From an uncultured Candidatus Rokubacteria bacterium (GTDB taxonomy: Bacteria > Methylomirabilota > Methylomirabilia > Rokubacteriales > CSP1-6), in NCBI GenBank assembly GCA_963747235.1, contig CAVVEU010000017.1:1-64000 (forward strand): a stretch of DNA of 64,000 nucleotides. The letters run 5' to 3'. This document shows positions 1-13,067 of this stretch, in pieces. Within the stretch, counting starts at the first letter, position 1; each line of letters begins with the position of its first letter. Below the pieces are notes generated by a model, which did no database searches, was not told where the DNA came from, and saw only the letters and a list, made by a program, of their open reading frames with translations. Position numbers and translations under genes: made by a program.

Positions 1-617
1 CCACCGGCGTGTGCCTGGTCGTCCAGCGCGATCCGATCCAGACCGCCAAGGCGGTGGCGACCCTCGACCAGGTCTCGGGTGGGCGCTTCCTCTTCGGCAT
101 CGGCGCGGGCTGGAACGCGGAGGAGATGGCCGACCACGGCACCGAGTTCAAGTCGCGCTTCAAGGTGATGCAGGAGCGCGTCGAGGCCATGCGGGCCATC
201 TGGACGAAGTCGAAGCCCGAGTACACCGGCGAGTTCGTGAAGTTCCCGCCCATGATGACCTGGCCCAAGCCGGTGCAGAAGCCGCACCCGCCGGTACTGG
301 TGGGCGGCGCCTTCCCCTACGGGGCGCGCCGGGCCATCGCCTACGGCGACGGGTGGCTGCCGCACGCGCGCCGGCCCGCCTACGGCGACGTGCTCGGCAA
401 GCTGCCCGAGTTTCGCGCGATGGTCGTCGAGGCCGGGCGCGATCCGGCCACGCTGCCGATCACCGTCTTCGGCGTGGCCGAGGACCCGGACCTCATCAAG
501 CGCTACCGCGACGCGGGCGTGGCGCGGCTCATCTTCAATCTCCCATCCGCGAAGGCCGACGAGGTGCTCCCCGTGCTCGATCGCTGCGTAGATCTCATGC
601 GGCAGGTGCAATCCTGA
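1..617 (+). CDS. LLM class F420-dependent oxidoreductase (5' truncated by window edge)
   Basis: AKAVATLDQVSGGRFLFGIGAGW and PKPVQKPHPPVLVGG motifs of the luciferase-like family. Confidence 0.9.
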   Translation, partial: TGVCLVVQRDPIQTAKAVATLDQVSGGRFLFGIGAGWNAEEMADHGTEFKSRFKVMQERVEAMRAIWTKSKPEYTGEFVKFPPMMTWPKPVQKPHPPVLVGGAFPYGARRAIAYGDGWLPHARRPAYGDVLGKLPEFRAMVVEAGRDPATLPITVFGVAEDPDLIKRYRDAGVARLIFNLPSAKADEVLPVLDRCVDLMRQVQS

Positions 618-1555
618 TGGCCACCCACAAGCCCGCGTTCAAGCAGATCGCCTCGGGGCTGCGGTTTCCCGAGGGCCCGGTGGCCATGCCGGACGGCTCC
701 GTCATCCTGGTGGAGATCGAGCGCCGCACGCTCTCGCGCGTGACGCCGGACGGCAAGATCCGCGTGGTCGCCACCCTGGGCGGCGGCCCGAACGGCGCCG
801 CGATGGGCCCGGGCGGCAAGATGTACGTGACCAACAACGGCGGCCTCAAGTTCGTGGATCGCCCGGGCAAGCTCTTCCCGGTGGCCCAGGCCGACGACTA
901 CGTATCCGGCAGCATCCAGGTGGTGGATCCGGAGACGGGCAAGTTCGACACGCTCTACGACCGCTGCGACGGCCAACGCCTGCGCGGGCCGAACGACCTG
1001 GTGTTCGACGGGGCGGGCGGGTTCTGGTTCACCGACCTGGGCAAGACGCGCGAGCGCGACAGCGACCGGGGCGTCGTCTACTACGCGAAGGCGGACGGCT
1101 CCTCGATCAAGGAAGCCATCTTCCCGCTGGAGCGCCCCAACGGCATCGGGCTCTCGCCGGACGAGAAGACGCTCTACGTGGTCGAGACTCCGACCGCGCG
1201 CTGCTGGGCTTTCAAGCTCTCCGGGCCCGGCCAGATCGAGTCGGCGAACGGCCCGTACCGCGGCGAGAAGGGCACCGTGATCGCCGGGCTCGGCGGCTAC
1301 CAGATGTTCGATTCGCTCGCGGTGGATGGCGAGGGGCACGTCTGCGTGGCCACGCTGATCACCGGCGCGGTCAGCGACATCTGGCCCGACGGCAGCCGGG
1401 TGGACCAGTTCATGCTGCCGGACATGATGGTCACCAACGTGTGCTTCGGCGGCAAGGATCTCCGCACCGCGTACGCCACGCTCTCCATGGGCGGCACCCT
1501 CGTCTCCTTCGAGTGGCCGCGCGCGGGGCAGCCGCTGCGCTACCTGAACCGGTGA
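617..1555 (+). CDS. SMP-30/gluconolactonase/LRE family protein
   Basis: ATG at 617 overlaps upstream TGA; FPEGP, GPNG, PNDL, PNGIGLSPD motifs. Confidence 0.9.
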   Translation: MATHKPAFKQIASGLRFPEGPVAMPDGSVILVEIERRTLSRVTPDGKIRVVATLGGGPNGAAMGPGGKMYVTNNGGLKFVDRPGKLFPVAQADDYVSGSIQVVDPETGKFDTLYDRCDGQRLRGPNDLVFDGAGGFWFTDLGKTRERDSDRGVVYYAKADGSSIKEAIFPLERPNGIGLSPDEKTLYVVETPTARCWAFKLSGPGQIESANGPYRGEKGTVIAGLGGYQMFDSLAVDGEGHVCVATLITGAVSDIWPDGSRVDQFMLPDMMVTNVCFGGKDLRTAYATLSMGGTLVSFEWPRAGQPLRYLNR

Positions 1556-2454
1556 TGCAGGTCGGGGTCTGGATCCCGAACTGCCGTCACCTCGCCACCC
1601 CGGACATCATCCGCCACACCGCGGTGCGGGCCGAGCAGCTCGGCTACGACTCGGTGTGGGTGAGCGACCACGTGGTGGTGCCCGACGCCAACGTGGACCG
1701 GATCGGCGCCGGCATCTTCGATCCGCTGGTGACGCTCGCGGTGGCGGCGGGCGCGACGAGCCGCGTGCGCCTCGGCACCACCGTGCTCATCGTGCCCTAC
1801 CGCAACCCGGTGGTGACCGCCAAGATGGTCTCCTCGCTCGACGCGCTCTCCGGCGGGCGCGTGGTCCTGGGCGTCGGCGCGGGGTGGCTGGCGGAGGAGA
1901 GTGCGGCGCTCGGCGTGCCCTTCGCGGAGCGCGGCCCGATGACCGACGAGTACCTGGCCGCGATGCGGGAGCTCTGGACCAGCCCCGCGCCGACCTTCGC
2001 GGGCAAGTACACGCAGTTCAGCGGCCTCAAGTTCGAGCCCAAGCCGGTGCAGAAGCCGCACCCGCCGATCTGGGTCGGCGGCCACGGCCGCGCCTCGCTG
2101 CGCCGGGCGGCCGAGATCGGCGCGGCCTGGCACCCGATCAATCGCTCCGCCGAGGAGCTGCGCGCCGGCCGGGCGGAGCTGGCGCGGCTCTGCCAGGCCC
2201 GCGGCCGTGCCGTGCCGCCGCCGATCGCGCTACGCAATGACCTCTGCGTGCTCCGGCCCGGCCGGCCCGCCGGGACCTCCGTGCGCGGCGGGAGCGTGCT
2301 GGTGGGCGAGCCGTCGGCCCTGGTCGAGCGCATCAGCGAGCTCCGCGAGGTGGGCGTCGAGCATCTCGTCATCGAGTTCCTGGCCGCCGACGGGCCCGAG
2401 CTCGACGAGCAGATGGCGCTCTTCGCCGAGCGCATCCGACCCAAGCTCGCGTGA
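1555..2454 (+). CDS. LLM class F420-dependent oxidoreductase
   Basis: GYDSVWVSDHV, LGTTVLIVPYRNP, PKPVQKPHPPIWVGG; ATG overlaps upstream stop. Confidence 0.9.
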   Translation: MQVGVWIPNCRHLATPDIIRHTAVRAEQLGYDSVWVSDHVVVPDANVDRIGAGIFDPLVTLAVAAGATSRVRLGTTVLIVPYRNPVVTAKMVSSLDALSGGRVVLGVGAGWLAEESAALGVPFAERGPMTDEYLAAMRELWTSPAPTFAGKYTQFSGLKFEPKPVQKPHPPIWVGGHGRASLRRAAEIGAAWHPINRSAEELRAGRAELARLCQARGRAVPPPIALRNDLCVLRPGRPAGTSVRGGSVLVGEPSALVERISELREVGVEHLVIEFLAADGPELDEQMALFAERIRPKLA

Positions 2455-3272
2455 CCTCGCCCCGGTTGGCGGTCCGCCGGCTCGGCCACGGGCCGGACCT
2501 CGTGCTCTTCCACGGCGGCATGGGCTCGTGGAAGCACTGGATCCGCAACGTGGAGCCGCTCGCGGAGCATTTCACGGTGCACGCGCTCGATCACCCCTCC
2601 TACGGGGAATCGGCGCCGGTGCCGCGCGAGACCACCGGCCCGCAGTACCTCGACCTGGTCCATGAGCTGCTCCTCGAGGCGCTGCCGGGCGTGGCCCCAT
2701 TGCGGTTCGCCGGCTTCTCCTTCGGCGCGGCGATCGCGGCCAACATGGCCCGGCGCCTCGGCCCGCGGGTGAGCCATGTGGGCCTGATCTCGCCGGGCGG
2801 CTTCCCGCTGCGGAAGTTCGGCGAGCGACCGATCCGCAGCTACAAGGAGGCGGCCGGCGACGAGCGGCTCTTCCGTGAGGTCTGCCGTCACAACCTGCTC
2901 GTGAACATGCTGAGCGATCCCGCGAGCGTCTCCGAGGAGACGGTGGACATCCAGGTGGGCCTGGTGCGGCAGACCCGCTTCGATAGTCGAAAGGTCAGCG
3001 GCGGCGGCACGCTACTGGGAGATCTCGCGGAAGTGGCGCGGCGGGGCGGCCGGATCCGCCTGCTGTGGGGGGAGCGCGACGACTCCGCGTTCCGGCCCGC
3101 CACGCTGCTCATCGGCGAGATCCAGGAGGCCGTCCCCGGCCTCGACGTGCATCGCGTCCCGGAGGCCGGCCACTGGTCGGCCTACGAGAACGCGCCCGAG
3201 GTCAACCGGCTGCTGCTGGCGTTCTTCCGCGGCGGCCCAGAAGACAATTCGAAGAAGGAGGATTCGCCATGA
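2451..3272 (+). CDS. alpha/beta fold hydrolase
   Basis: LFHGGMG, GFSFG nucleophile elbow, AGHW. Confidence 0.85.
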   Translation: MTSPRLAVRRLGHGPDLVLFHGGMGSWKHWIRNVEPLAEHFTVHALDHPSYGESAPVPRETTGPQYLDLVHELLLEALPGVAPLRFAGFSFGAAIAANMARRLGPRVSHVGLISPGGFPLRKFGERPIRSYKEAAGDERLFREVCRHNLLVNMLSDPASVSEETVDIQVGLVRQTRFDSRKVSGGGTLLGDLAEVARRGGRIRLLWGERDDSAFRPATLLIGEIQEAVPGLDVHRVPEAGHWSAYENAPEVNRLLLAFFRGGPEDNSKKEDSP

Positions 3273-4111
3273 GCCCGAATCGTCAACCGGTCGCCGTCGT
3301 GGTGGGTGCGACCTCCAAGTGGCAGGCCGATGGCCGCAACACCAAGCTGGCCCACGGCAAGGCGCTCGACGACCGCGATCTGCCCGTCGGGGTGCGCTGG
3401 GGCGTCGGCGGCGCCATCGCCCAGAAGTTCGCCAGGGAAGGCTTCTTCGTGGTGCTGACGACCCGGAAGGCCGCCAATGCGGCGGGGCTCGATCAGGCCA
3501 TCCGGGAGCAGGGCGGCGCGAGCACGATCGTCGAGATGGACCTCGTGTCGGACGCGTCCATCGCGAAGGCGTTCGCGACCATTCGAGAGAAGCAGGGTGA
3601 TCCCGAGGTCCTGGTCTACAACGCGGGCTACCTCGAGGGACGCGACCTGCCGCCCGACAAGGAGCTGCTGGAGCACGTCCCGCTCGAGATCCTCGAGACC
3701 GCGCAGCACATCGCGATCCGCGGCCCGTTCCTGGTCGCCAAGGAGGTGCTGCCCGCCATGCGCAAGCGCGGCGCCGGCTCGTTCCTCATCTCGAACAACT
3801 CGTCGTCCCTGCGCGGCCGCAAGCGGCTCACCGGGCAATCGCTCTACTATCCGCGCGTCATGATGCGCACGCTGGCGCAGGTGCTGACGGAGGAATATTC
3901 CGAGCACGGCGTGCACGTGGCCAACGTGGTGATCGACGGCCTCATCGACTCGCCGGGAACCCGGGCCCTGCCGCGGGCGCAGAAGCAGCCGGAGATCGTC
4001 ATGAATCCCGTGAAGATCGCGGACGCGTTCTACTACCTCCATACCCAGGACCGGTCGTGCTGGACGCACGAGCTCCAGTTGACGCCGTTTTCGACGAAGC
4101 CGAGTTTCTAG
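3269..4111 (+). CDS. SDR family oxidoreductase
   Basis: GVGGAIAQKF, LVYNAG, GVHVANVVIDGLID, WTHEL; AAGGAGG RBS before ATG 3269. Confidence 0.85.
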   Translation: MSPNRQPVAVVVGATSKWQADGRNTKLAHGKALDDRDLPVGVRWGVGGAIAQKFAREGFFVVLTTRKAANAAGLDQAIREQGGASTIVEMDLVSDASIAKAFATIREKQGDPEVLVYNAGYLEGRDLPPDKELLEHVPLEILETAQHIAIRGPFLVAKEVLPAMRKRGAGSFLISNNSSSLRGRKRLTGQSLYYPRVMMRTLAQVLTEEYSEHGVHVANVVIDGLIDSPGTRALPRAQKQPEIVMNPVKIADAFYYLHTQDRSCWTHELQLTPFSTKPSF

Positions 4112-4133
4112 GCTGGGCTATAGTCGAGAGGTC

Positions 4134-8269
<4,136 letters not shown>

Positions 8270-8299
8270 GGGGTGCCTCCCCGCGATCATAGCTCATCC

Positions 8300-8696
8300 C
8301 CTGGGACGCCCACCGGTGTTGCGCGGCGTACGCCCGCCACGGGACCGCCAGCGCTCGGCGCGCGCCAGCAGCGCGGCCGGGCTCGGCCGGCGTCCCTTCC
8401 GGTCCGCCATCGCGCGCATCAGCCCGCCATCGGCGGCGGGAAAACGCGTCGAGCTCGCGCATCTCCCGCATCGCGATGTACTGCGCGGTCCACTCGGTGC
8501 TTGGCCAGGAGCACGCGACGGGTCTGCGCGAGCCGACGTCGGCGCCGTCGAGCCCGCCCTTCTCGACCAGCGCGAGCGCGCGCGACACCGTGCTCGAGGT
8601 GCCGCGCCAGACCCCGAGAACGAGGGCGCTCTCCGCCCGGCAGCGCAGGCACGGGCGAAAGCCCGCTTCCTGCGCGGCGGCGGCCGAGGGGGTAGA
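8300..8696 (-). pseudogene. alkA: Ada metal-binding/AlkA DNA-3-methyladenine glycosylase remnant, internally deleted and frameshifted
   Basis: YPSAAAAQEAGFRPCLRCR...TVSRALAL joined to EWTAQYIAMRE..DAF/PAADGGLMRAM...LLARAERW/PWRAYAAQH across frames. Confidence 0.8.
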
Positions 8697-8737
8697 TCCC
8701 GCCAGCAGGCCCTGTCCCGGTCTGCGATGATCTTGCC

Positions 8738-9310
8738 ATGGCCACGATCGATGTGCTCTGGGCGGCGTGGGAGGGGCGCGGGTTCGAGCATCTTGCGCTG
8801 CGGCAGGAGGCGGCCGCGGTGCGCGCGGACAGCCTGATCATCGCGGTGGACGACGACGGCCGCCCGTACCGAGCCCGCTACGTGGTGGAGTGCGACGCGG
8901 GCTGGAAAGTCACGCGCGCGCGGGTCGAGGTGATCGAGCAGCCGGCGCGGGTCCTCGACGTCCGCGTTGACGGTCGAGGCCGCTGGACGGACGAGGCGAC
9001 CGGCGCGGTCCTGGCCCTCGACGGGTGCGTGGACATCGACATCTACCCCTCGCCCTTCACCAATACGCTGCCGATGCGGCGGCTGACCGATGCGGTGGTC
9101 GGACGGCCGGTCGCGATGGACGTGGCGTGGGTGGTGCTGCCTGGGCTGACCATCCAGCCGGCGCGCCAGGAGTACACGCTGCTCGAGCGCGCGGACGCCG
9201 GGGCGCGGTGGCGATTCCGGGGGCTCGATTCGGATTTCGTGGCGGAGATCGCCGTGGACCGAAACGGGGTCGTGCTGGACTATCCGGGGATCTCGCGGCG
9301 AGTGCTCTAG
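8738..9310 (+). CDS. putative glycolipid-binding domain protein
   Basis: LDGCVDIDIYPSPFTNTLPMRRL and VLDYPG motifs. Confidence 0.8.
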   Translation: MATIDVLWAAWEGRGFEHLALRQEAAAVRADSLIIAVDDDGRPYRARYVVECDAGWKVTRARVEVIEQPARVLDVRVDGRGRWTDEATGAVLALDGCVDIDIYPSPFTNTLPMRRLTDAVVGRPVAMDVAWVVLPGLTIQPARQEYTLLERADAGARWRFRGLDSDFVAEIAVDRNGVVLDYPGISRRVL

Positions 9311-9316
9311 CGCCCC

Positions 9317-10408
9317 TCACGCAGTAGCCAGGGGCGGGAGCGCCATCTCCTTCGTGCACTCGGCGAACCACTCGATCACTTCCTTGTGGAGCGGGATCCC
9401 GTGGGCGCGCCGCTGGGCCAGCTCCTCGGCCTCGGAGAGCCCCGGGTAGAGCACGCGCTCCTGGCCCGGCGCGGGCGCGGCGGTGCGCAGGGTGCGAAGC
9501 ATGTCGTCCATGGTGTCCTTGAACCGTTCGAGGTCGGTGAAGGCCTTGATGTCGTAGGCGGCGAACTGGTTCTTCGAGCCGCTCCCGGGCGCCAGCATGG
9601 TGGGCAGCGCGCCGGCCAGCATCGTGGACAGGACCTCCGCCATCAGCGCGAAGCCGTAGCCCTTGTGCGAGCCCTGCTCGCGCGTGCCGCCGAGCGGGGC
9701 CTGGTAGACGTCGTCGCGATCGAAGATCGGCTTCTCCTCCATGATCGGGGTGCCGTCCTTGTCGGTCACCCAGCCCGCGAGCAACGGCGACCCGATCCGC
9801 ATCGCCAGCCGGATCTTGTTGCCCGCGATGGCGGAGGTGGCGGCGTCGAAGAGCAGCGGCGCCTCGCGGCGCGCGGGGGCTGCGAGCGCGATCGGGTTGG
9901 TGCCGAGCAGGGGCTTGGCCCCGAAGGTGGGCACCACGTGGAGACCCGCGGCGGTGAAGCAGGTGCCCACCATGTCGGCAGCCGCGGCCTGCATCGCGAA
10001 GTGGCCGATCGCGCCGAAGTGCCCCGCGTTGTGGACGGTGACGATGCCCACGCCTACCCGACGAGCCTTGTCCATGGCCAGCCGCATCGCCTTCGGCCCG
10101 ACGATGATGCCGAGGCGCTTGCCCGCGTCGATCACCGCGGTGCCGGGCGCCTCGCGCTCGATCGTCCAGCCCGGTTGCGGGTCGAGCTTGCCGGCCCGGT
10201 AGTCGCGGACATAGGCGCGCAGCATGTTCGACACGCCGTGCGTCTCGACCCCGCGCAGGTCGGTCATGGTCAGCACGTCCGCGGCCTCGGCGGCGTCCTC
10301 CGGGCTCACGCCGAGCTTCTCGAAGATCTGCGTGGTGGTCCGGCGCAGCGCGGCCTCGGAGACCAGCACCTGGTCCTGCAGGGGAACCTTGAAGCGCTCG
10401 AGGATCAT
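9317..10408 (-). CDS. Ldh_2 family NAD(P)-dependent oxidoreductase
   Basis: DLRGVETHGV, NAGHFGA, GTNPIA, GSHKGYG. Confidence 0.9.
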   Translation of the reverse strand: MILERFKVPLQDQVLVSEAALRRTTTQIFEKLGVSPEDAAEAADVLTMTDLRGVETHGVSNMLRAYVRDYRAGKLDPQPGWTIEREAPGTAVIDAGKRLGIIVGPKAMRLAMDKARRVGVGIVTVHNAGHFGAIGHFAMQAAAADMVGTCFTAAGLHVVPTFGAKPLLGTNPIALAAPARREAPLLFDAATSAIAGNKIRLAMRIGSPLLAGWVTDKDGTPIMEEKPIFDRDDVYQAPLGGTREQGSHKGYGFALMAEVLSTMLAGALPTMLAPGSGSKNQFAAYDIKAFTDLERFKDTMDDMLRTLRTAAPAPGQERVLYPGLSEAEELAQRRAHGIPLHKEVIEWFAECTKEMALPPLATA

Positions 10409-10448
10409 TGGATGGCTTCCTCCCGGGAGGCATCCTAGCCGACTTTAT

Positions 10449-10479
10449 TCTTGACCGACCGTTCAAGATTGGCTATGGT
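10449..10479 (+). promoter_or_regulatory. sigma70-type promoter TTGACC-17-TATGGT overlapped by operator palindrome TCTTGACCGACCGTTCAAGA
   Basis: -35 at 10451-10456, -10 at 10474-10479, inverted repeat 10449-10468 directly upstream of TetR. Confidence 0.7.
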
Positions 10480-10487
10480 CGCCCGCG

Positions 10488-11102
10488 ATGCCCCGCCAGA
10501 AGGAGTTCGACCGGGACGTGGCGCTGGACCGCGCGATGGGCGCCTTCTGGGCCAAGGGCTACGCGGCCACCTCCGTGGAGGACCTGGTCACCCGCATGGG
10601 GATCCAGCGGGGGAGCCTCTATGCCACCTTCGGCGACAAGCGATCGCTGTTCCTCAGCGCGCTCGACCGCTATCAGCGCGTCGTCACGCGGGAGCTCTTC
10701 GAGGCGCTCGAGGCGCCCGGCTCCGGTCTCGAGGCGATCCGGCGCTTCTTTCGCCTGCGGGTGGAGCGGTCGCTCGACCGGAGCCGGCCCGCGGGCTGCC
10801 TGGTCACGAACTCGGCGGTCGAGCTGTCGCGGCGAGATCGTGGCGCCGCGACCAAGGTGGGCAGGTCGCTGGCCGGGCTCGAGGCGGCCTTCCTCCGGAC
10901 CCTCGAGCGGGCGGCGGCACAGGGCGAGCTGGCCGCCACCCGGGACCGGCGGGGTCTCGCCCGGTTCCTGACCAGCAGCGCCCAGGGTCTCTCGGTGATG
11001 GCCAAGGCCTTCCCGGAGCGGGCGGTGCTCGAGGACGTGGTGAAGGTGGTCCTGGCCGCCCTCGAGGCGGATCCCGGTCGGAGGCCGCGGCGGAAGCGCT
11101 AG
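10488..11102 (+). CDS. TetR/AcrR family regulator, NemR/ComR-like
   Basis: FWAKGYAATSVEDLV..MGIQRGSLYATFGDK HTH; GCLVTNS in the C-terminal domain. Confidence 0.9.
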   Translation: MPRQKEFDRDVALDRAMGAFWAKGYAATSVEDLVTRMGIQRGSLYATFGDKRSLFLSALDRYQRVVTRELFEALEAPGSGLEAIRRFFRLRVERSLDRSRPAGCLVTNSAVELSRRDRGAATKVGRSLAGLEAAFLRTLERAAAQGELAATRDRRGLARFLTSSAQGLSVMAKAFPERAVLEDVVKVVLAALEADPGRRPRRKR

Positions 11103-11123
11103 CGACAAACGCAAGGAGACGCC

Positions 11124-11793
11124 ATGAAAGCGGTCGCGTTCGACGCCTACGGCACGCTCTTCGACGTGTTCTCGGTCACCGCGCTCGGCGAGGAGCTGTT
11201 CCCGGGCAAGGGCGACGCGCTGGCCCAGCTCTGGCGGCTCAAGCAGCTGCAGTACAGCATGCTGCGCAGCCTGATGGGCCGGCACCGCGATTTCTGGCGG
11301 CTCACCGAGGACGCCCTCGCCTACGCCACGCGGAGCCTCGGCCTGGACCTCACCCCCGACAAGCGCGCCCGCCTGCTCGAGGCCTACCTGACCCTGGCCG
11401 CGTTCCCCGACGTGAAGCCGGGGCTCGAGGCCCTGAAGCGGCGGGGGCTCCGACTCGCCATCCTGTCCAACGGCGAGCCCAAGATGCTCGAAGCGGCGGC
11501 CCGCAGCGCCGGGATCGTGGGCCTCCTCGACGCCATCCTGAGCGTCGAGGAAGTGAAGATCTTCAAGCCGAGCCCGCGCGTCTACCATCTCGCCCCCGAG
11601 CACCTGCGGGTGCGCCCGGACGAGCTCGGCTTCGTGTCCTCGAACTGCTGGGACGTGGCCGGGGCGGCCTCGGTCGGCCTCGAGACCTTCTGGATCCAGC
11701 GCCGAGCCGCCGAGCCGACGGAGGAGCTCGGCTTCGTCCGCGGACCACACGGTCCACACCATCACCGACCTTGTCCCGCTCCTGCGCGGGTAG
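11124..11793 (+). CDS. haloacid dehalogenase type II (frameshift near 11738)
   Basis: FDAYGTLFD, ILSNG, IFKPSPRVY, VSSNCWDVAGA; C-terminus ADHTVHTITDLVPLLRG-TAG(11791-11793) in the shifted frame. Confidence 0.88.
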
Positions 11794-11804
11794 AGGAGAC
11801 GCCC

Positions 11805-12458
11805 ATGTCACTCGAGGAAAAGCTCGCCACGATCCGGGAGATGGCCAAGACCCGCCAGCCACCGGAGGTGCGCGCGGTCATGCAGCAGGCGATCGAGGAC
11901 CTGCGCGCCTCCGGGATCATGGACCGTGTCGCCAAGGTCGGCACACCCGCGCCCGACTTCACGCTGCCCAACGCCGCGGGCCAGCCGGTGAGCCTGGCCG
12001 CCCTGCGGGCGCGCGGCCCGGTCGTGCTCTCGTTCTACCGCGGCCGCTGGTGACCCTACTGCAACGCAGAGCTGGACGCTCTGCAGCAGGCCCTGCCCGA
12101 GATCACCGCCGCCGGCGCCTCGCTCGTGGTGGTGTCGCCCCAGGTGGCGCGCACCACGCGCGAGACCGAGGAGCCCAAGCCCATGACCTACGAGGTGCTG
12201 CGCGACCTCGGTAATCGCGTGGCCGAGCAGTACGGGCTGGTCTTCACGCTGCCCGAGGCGCTGCAGGCCATCTACACCAAGTTCGGCATCGACCTGCCGA
12301 AGGGCAACGGCGACGGCACCTGGCGCCTGCCCGTCCCGGCCCGCTTCGTGATCGACCGGGAAGGGATCGTCCGCGCGGTCGATGCCGACCCCGACTACAC
12401 GCGCCGCCCCGAGCCAGCGCAGACGATCGAGGTGCTGCGGCGCCTCCGGGCTCGCTGA
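11805..12458 (+). CDS. AhpC/TSA peroxiredoxin-like selenoprotein (UPYC; TGA 12051-12053 = Sec83)
   Basis: GAGGAG RBS; APDFTLP...FYRGRW-TGA-PYCNAEL continues in frame to LPVPARFVIDREG..DPDYTRRPEP; SECIS-like hairpin after the TGA. Confidence 0.88.
12059..12089 (+). promoter_or_regulatory. putative bacterial SECIS element (peroxiredoxin-like gene)
   Basis: GCAGAGC-TGGAC-GCTCTGC perfect stem 12066-12084 plus CTGC/GCAG lower stem; loop starts 19 nt after TGA. Confidence 0.7.
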
Positions 12459-12471
12459 GGAGAGGCGCGCG

Positions 12472-12990
12472 ATGACCACACCGCCGGGACTCGACCCATC
12501 GGTCCGGAGCCGCGAGATCGTCTTCGAGGCGGACGTCACGGGCGTCACGCCGTTTCTCAAGCTGGCCACCGTCAGCCTCAACGGGACCTCGCACATGACC
12601 ATCGCGTGCGACGAGGGGCCGAGCCTGGGTGGCCTGGGCTCGGCGCCCACGCCGCTCATGTACTTCAGCGCCGCGCTCGCGTTCTGACTGATGACCCAGG
12701 TGTCCCGGTACGGGCACATGCTGAAGGTGAGCGTGACGCGGATGACGATGCACGTGAAGGCGAGCTTCCGGGTGACCGGCTCGGTCCTGGACGACACGAT
12801 CGACGGCGAGATGCTCGGGGCCGAGACCACGCTCGCCCTCGAGTCGCCCGACCCTCCGGACCGGGTGGCCCGGGTCGTGCGTAACGCCGAGCGCGGCTGC
12901 TTCGTGATGCAGGCCCTGCTTCGCCCGGTGCCGATCACCGGCCGAACCCTCTTGAACGCCGAGCCCCTGGTGGTGCAAGCCCCTCGTTGA
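12472..12990 (+). CDS. OsmC-like selenoprotein (TGA 12685-12687 = Sec72)
   Basis: GAGGAG RBS; DEGPSLGGLGSAPTPLMYFSAALAF-TGA-LMTQ continues in frame to second Cys in AERGCFV. Confidence 0.82.
12700..12717 (+). promoter_or_regulatory. putative bacterial SECIS element (OsmC-like gene)
   Basis: GTG-T(bulge)-CCCG-GTA-CGGG-CAC stem beginning 12 nt after TGA. Confidence 0.65.
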
Positions 12991-13067
12991 CCCGGGGGCC
13001 CCGGCGGGGCTAGATTCGGTTCCTGGGCGCTCCGTCCCTTCCACCCCGGGGCCCCGAGGAGGCTCGC

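Noticed and set aside
11124-12053. 309-aa HAD-peroxiredoxin fusion in the ORF track
   Set aside because: Artefact of a 1-nt frameshift; the HAD ends at TAG 11791-11793 and the next gene has its own RBS and ATG at 11805
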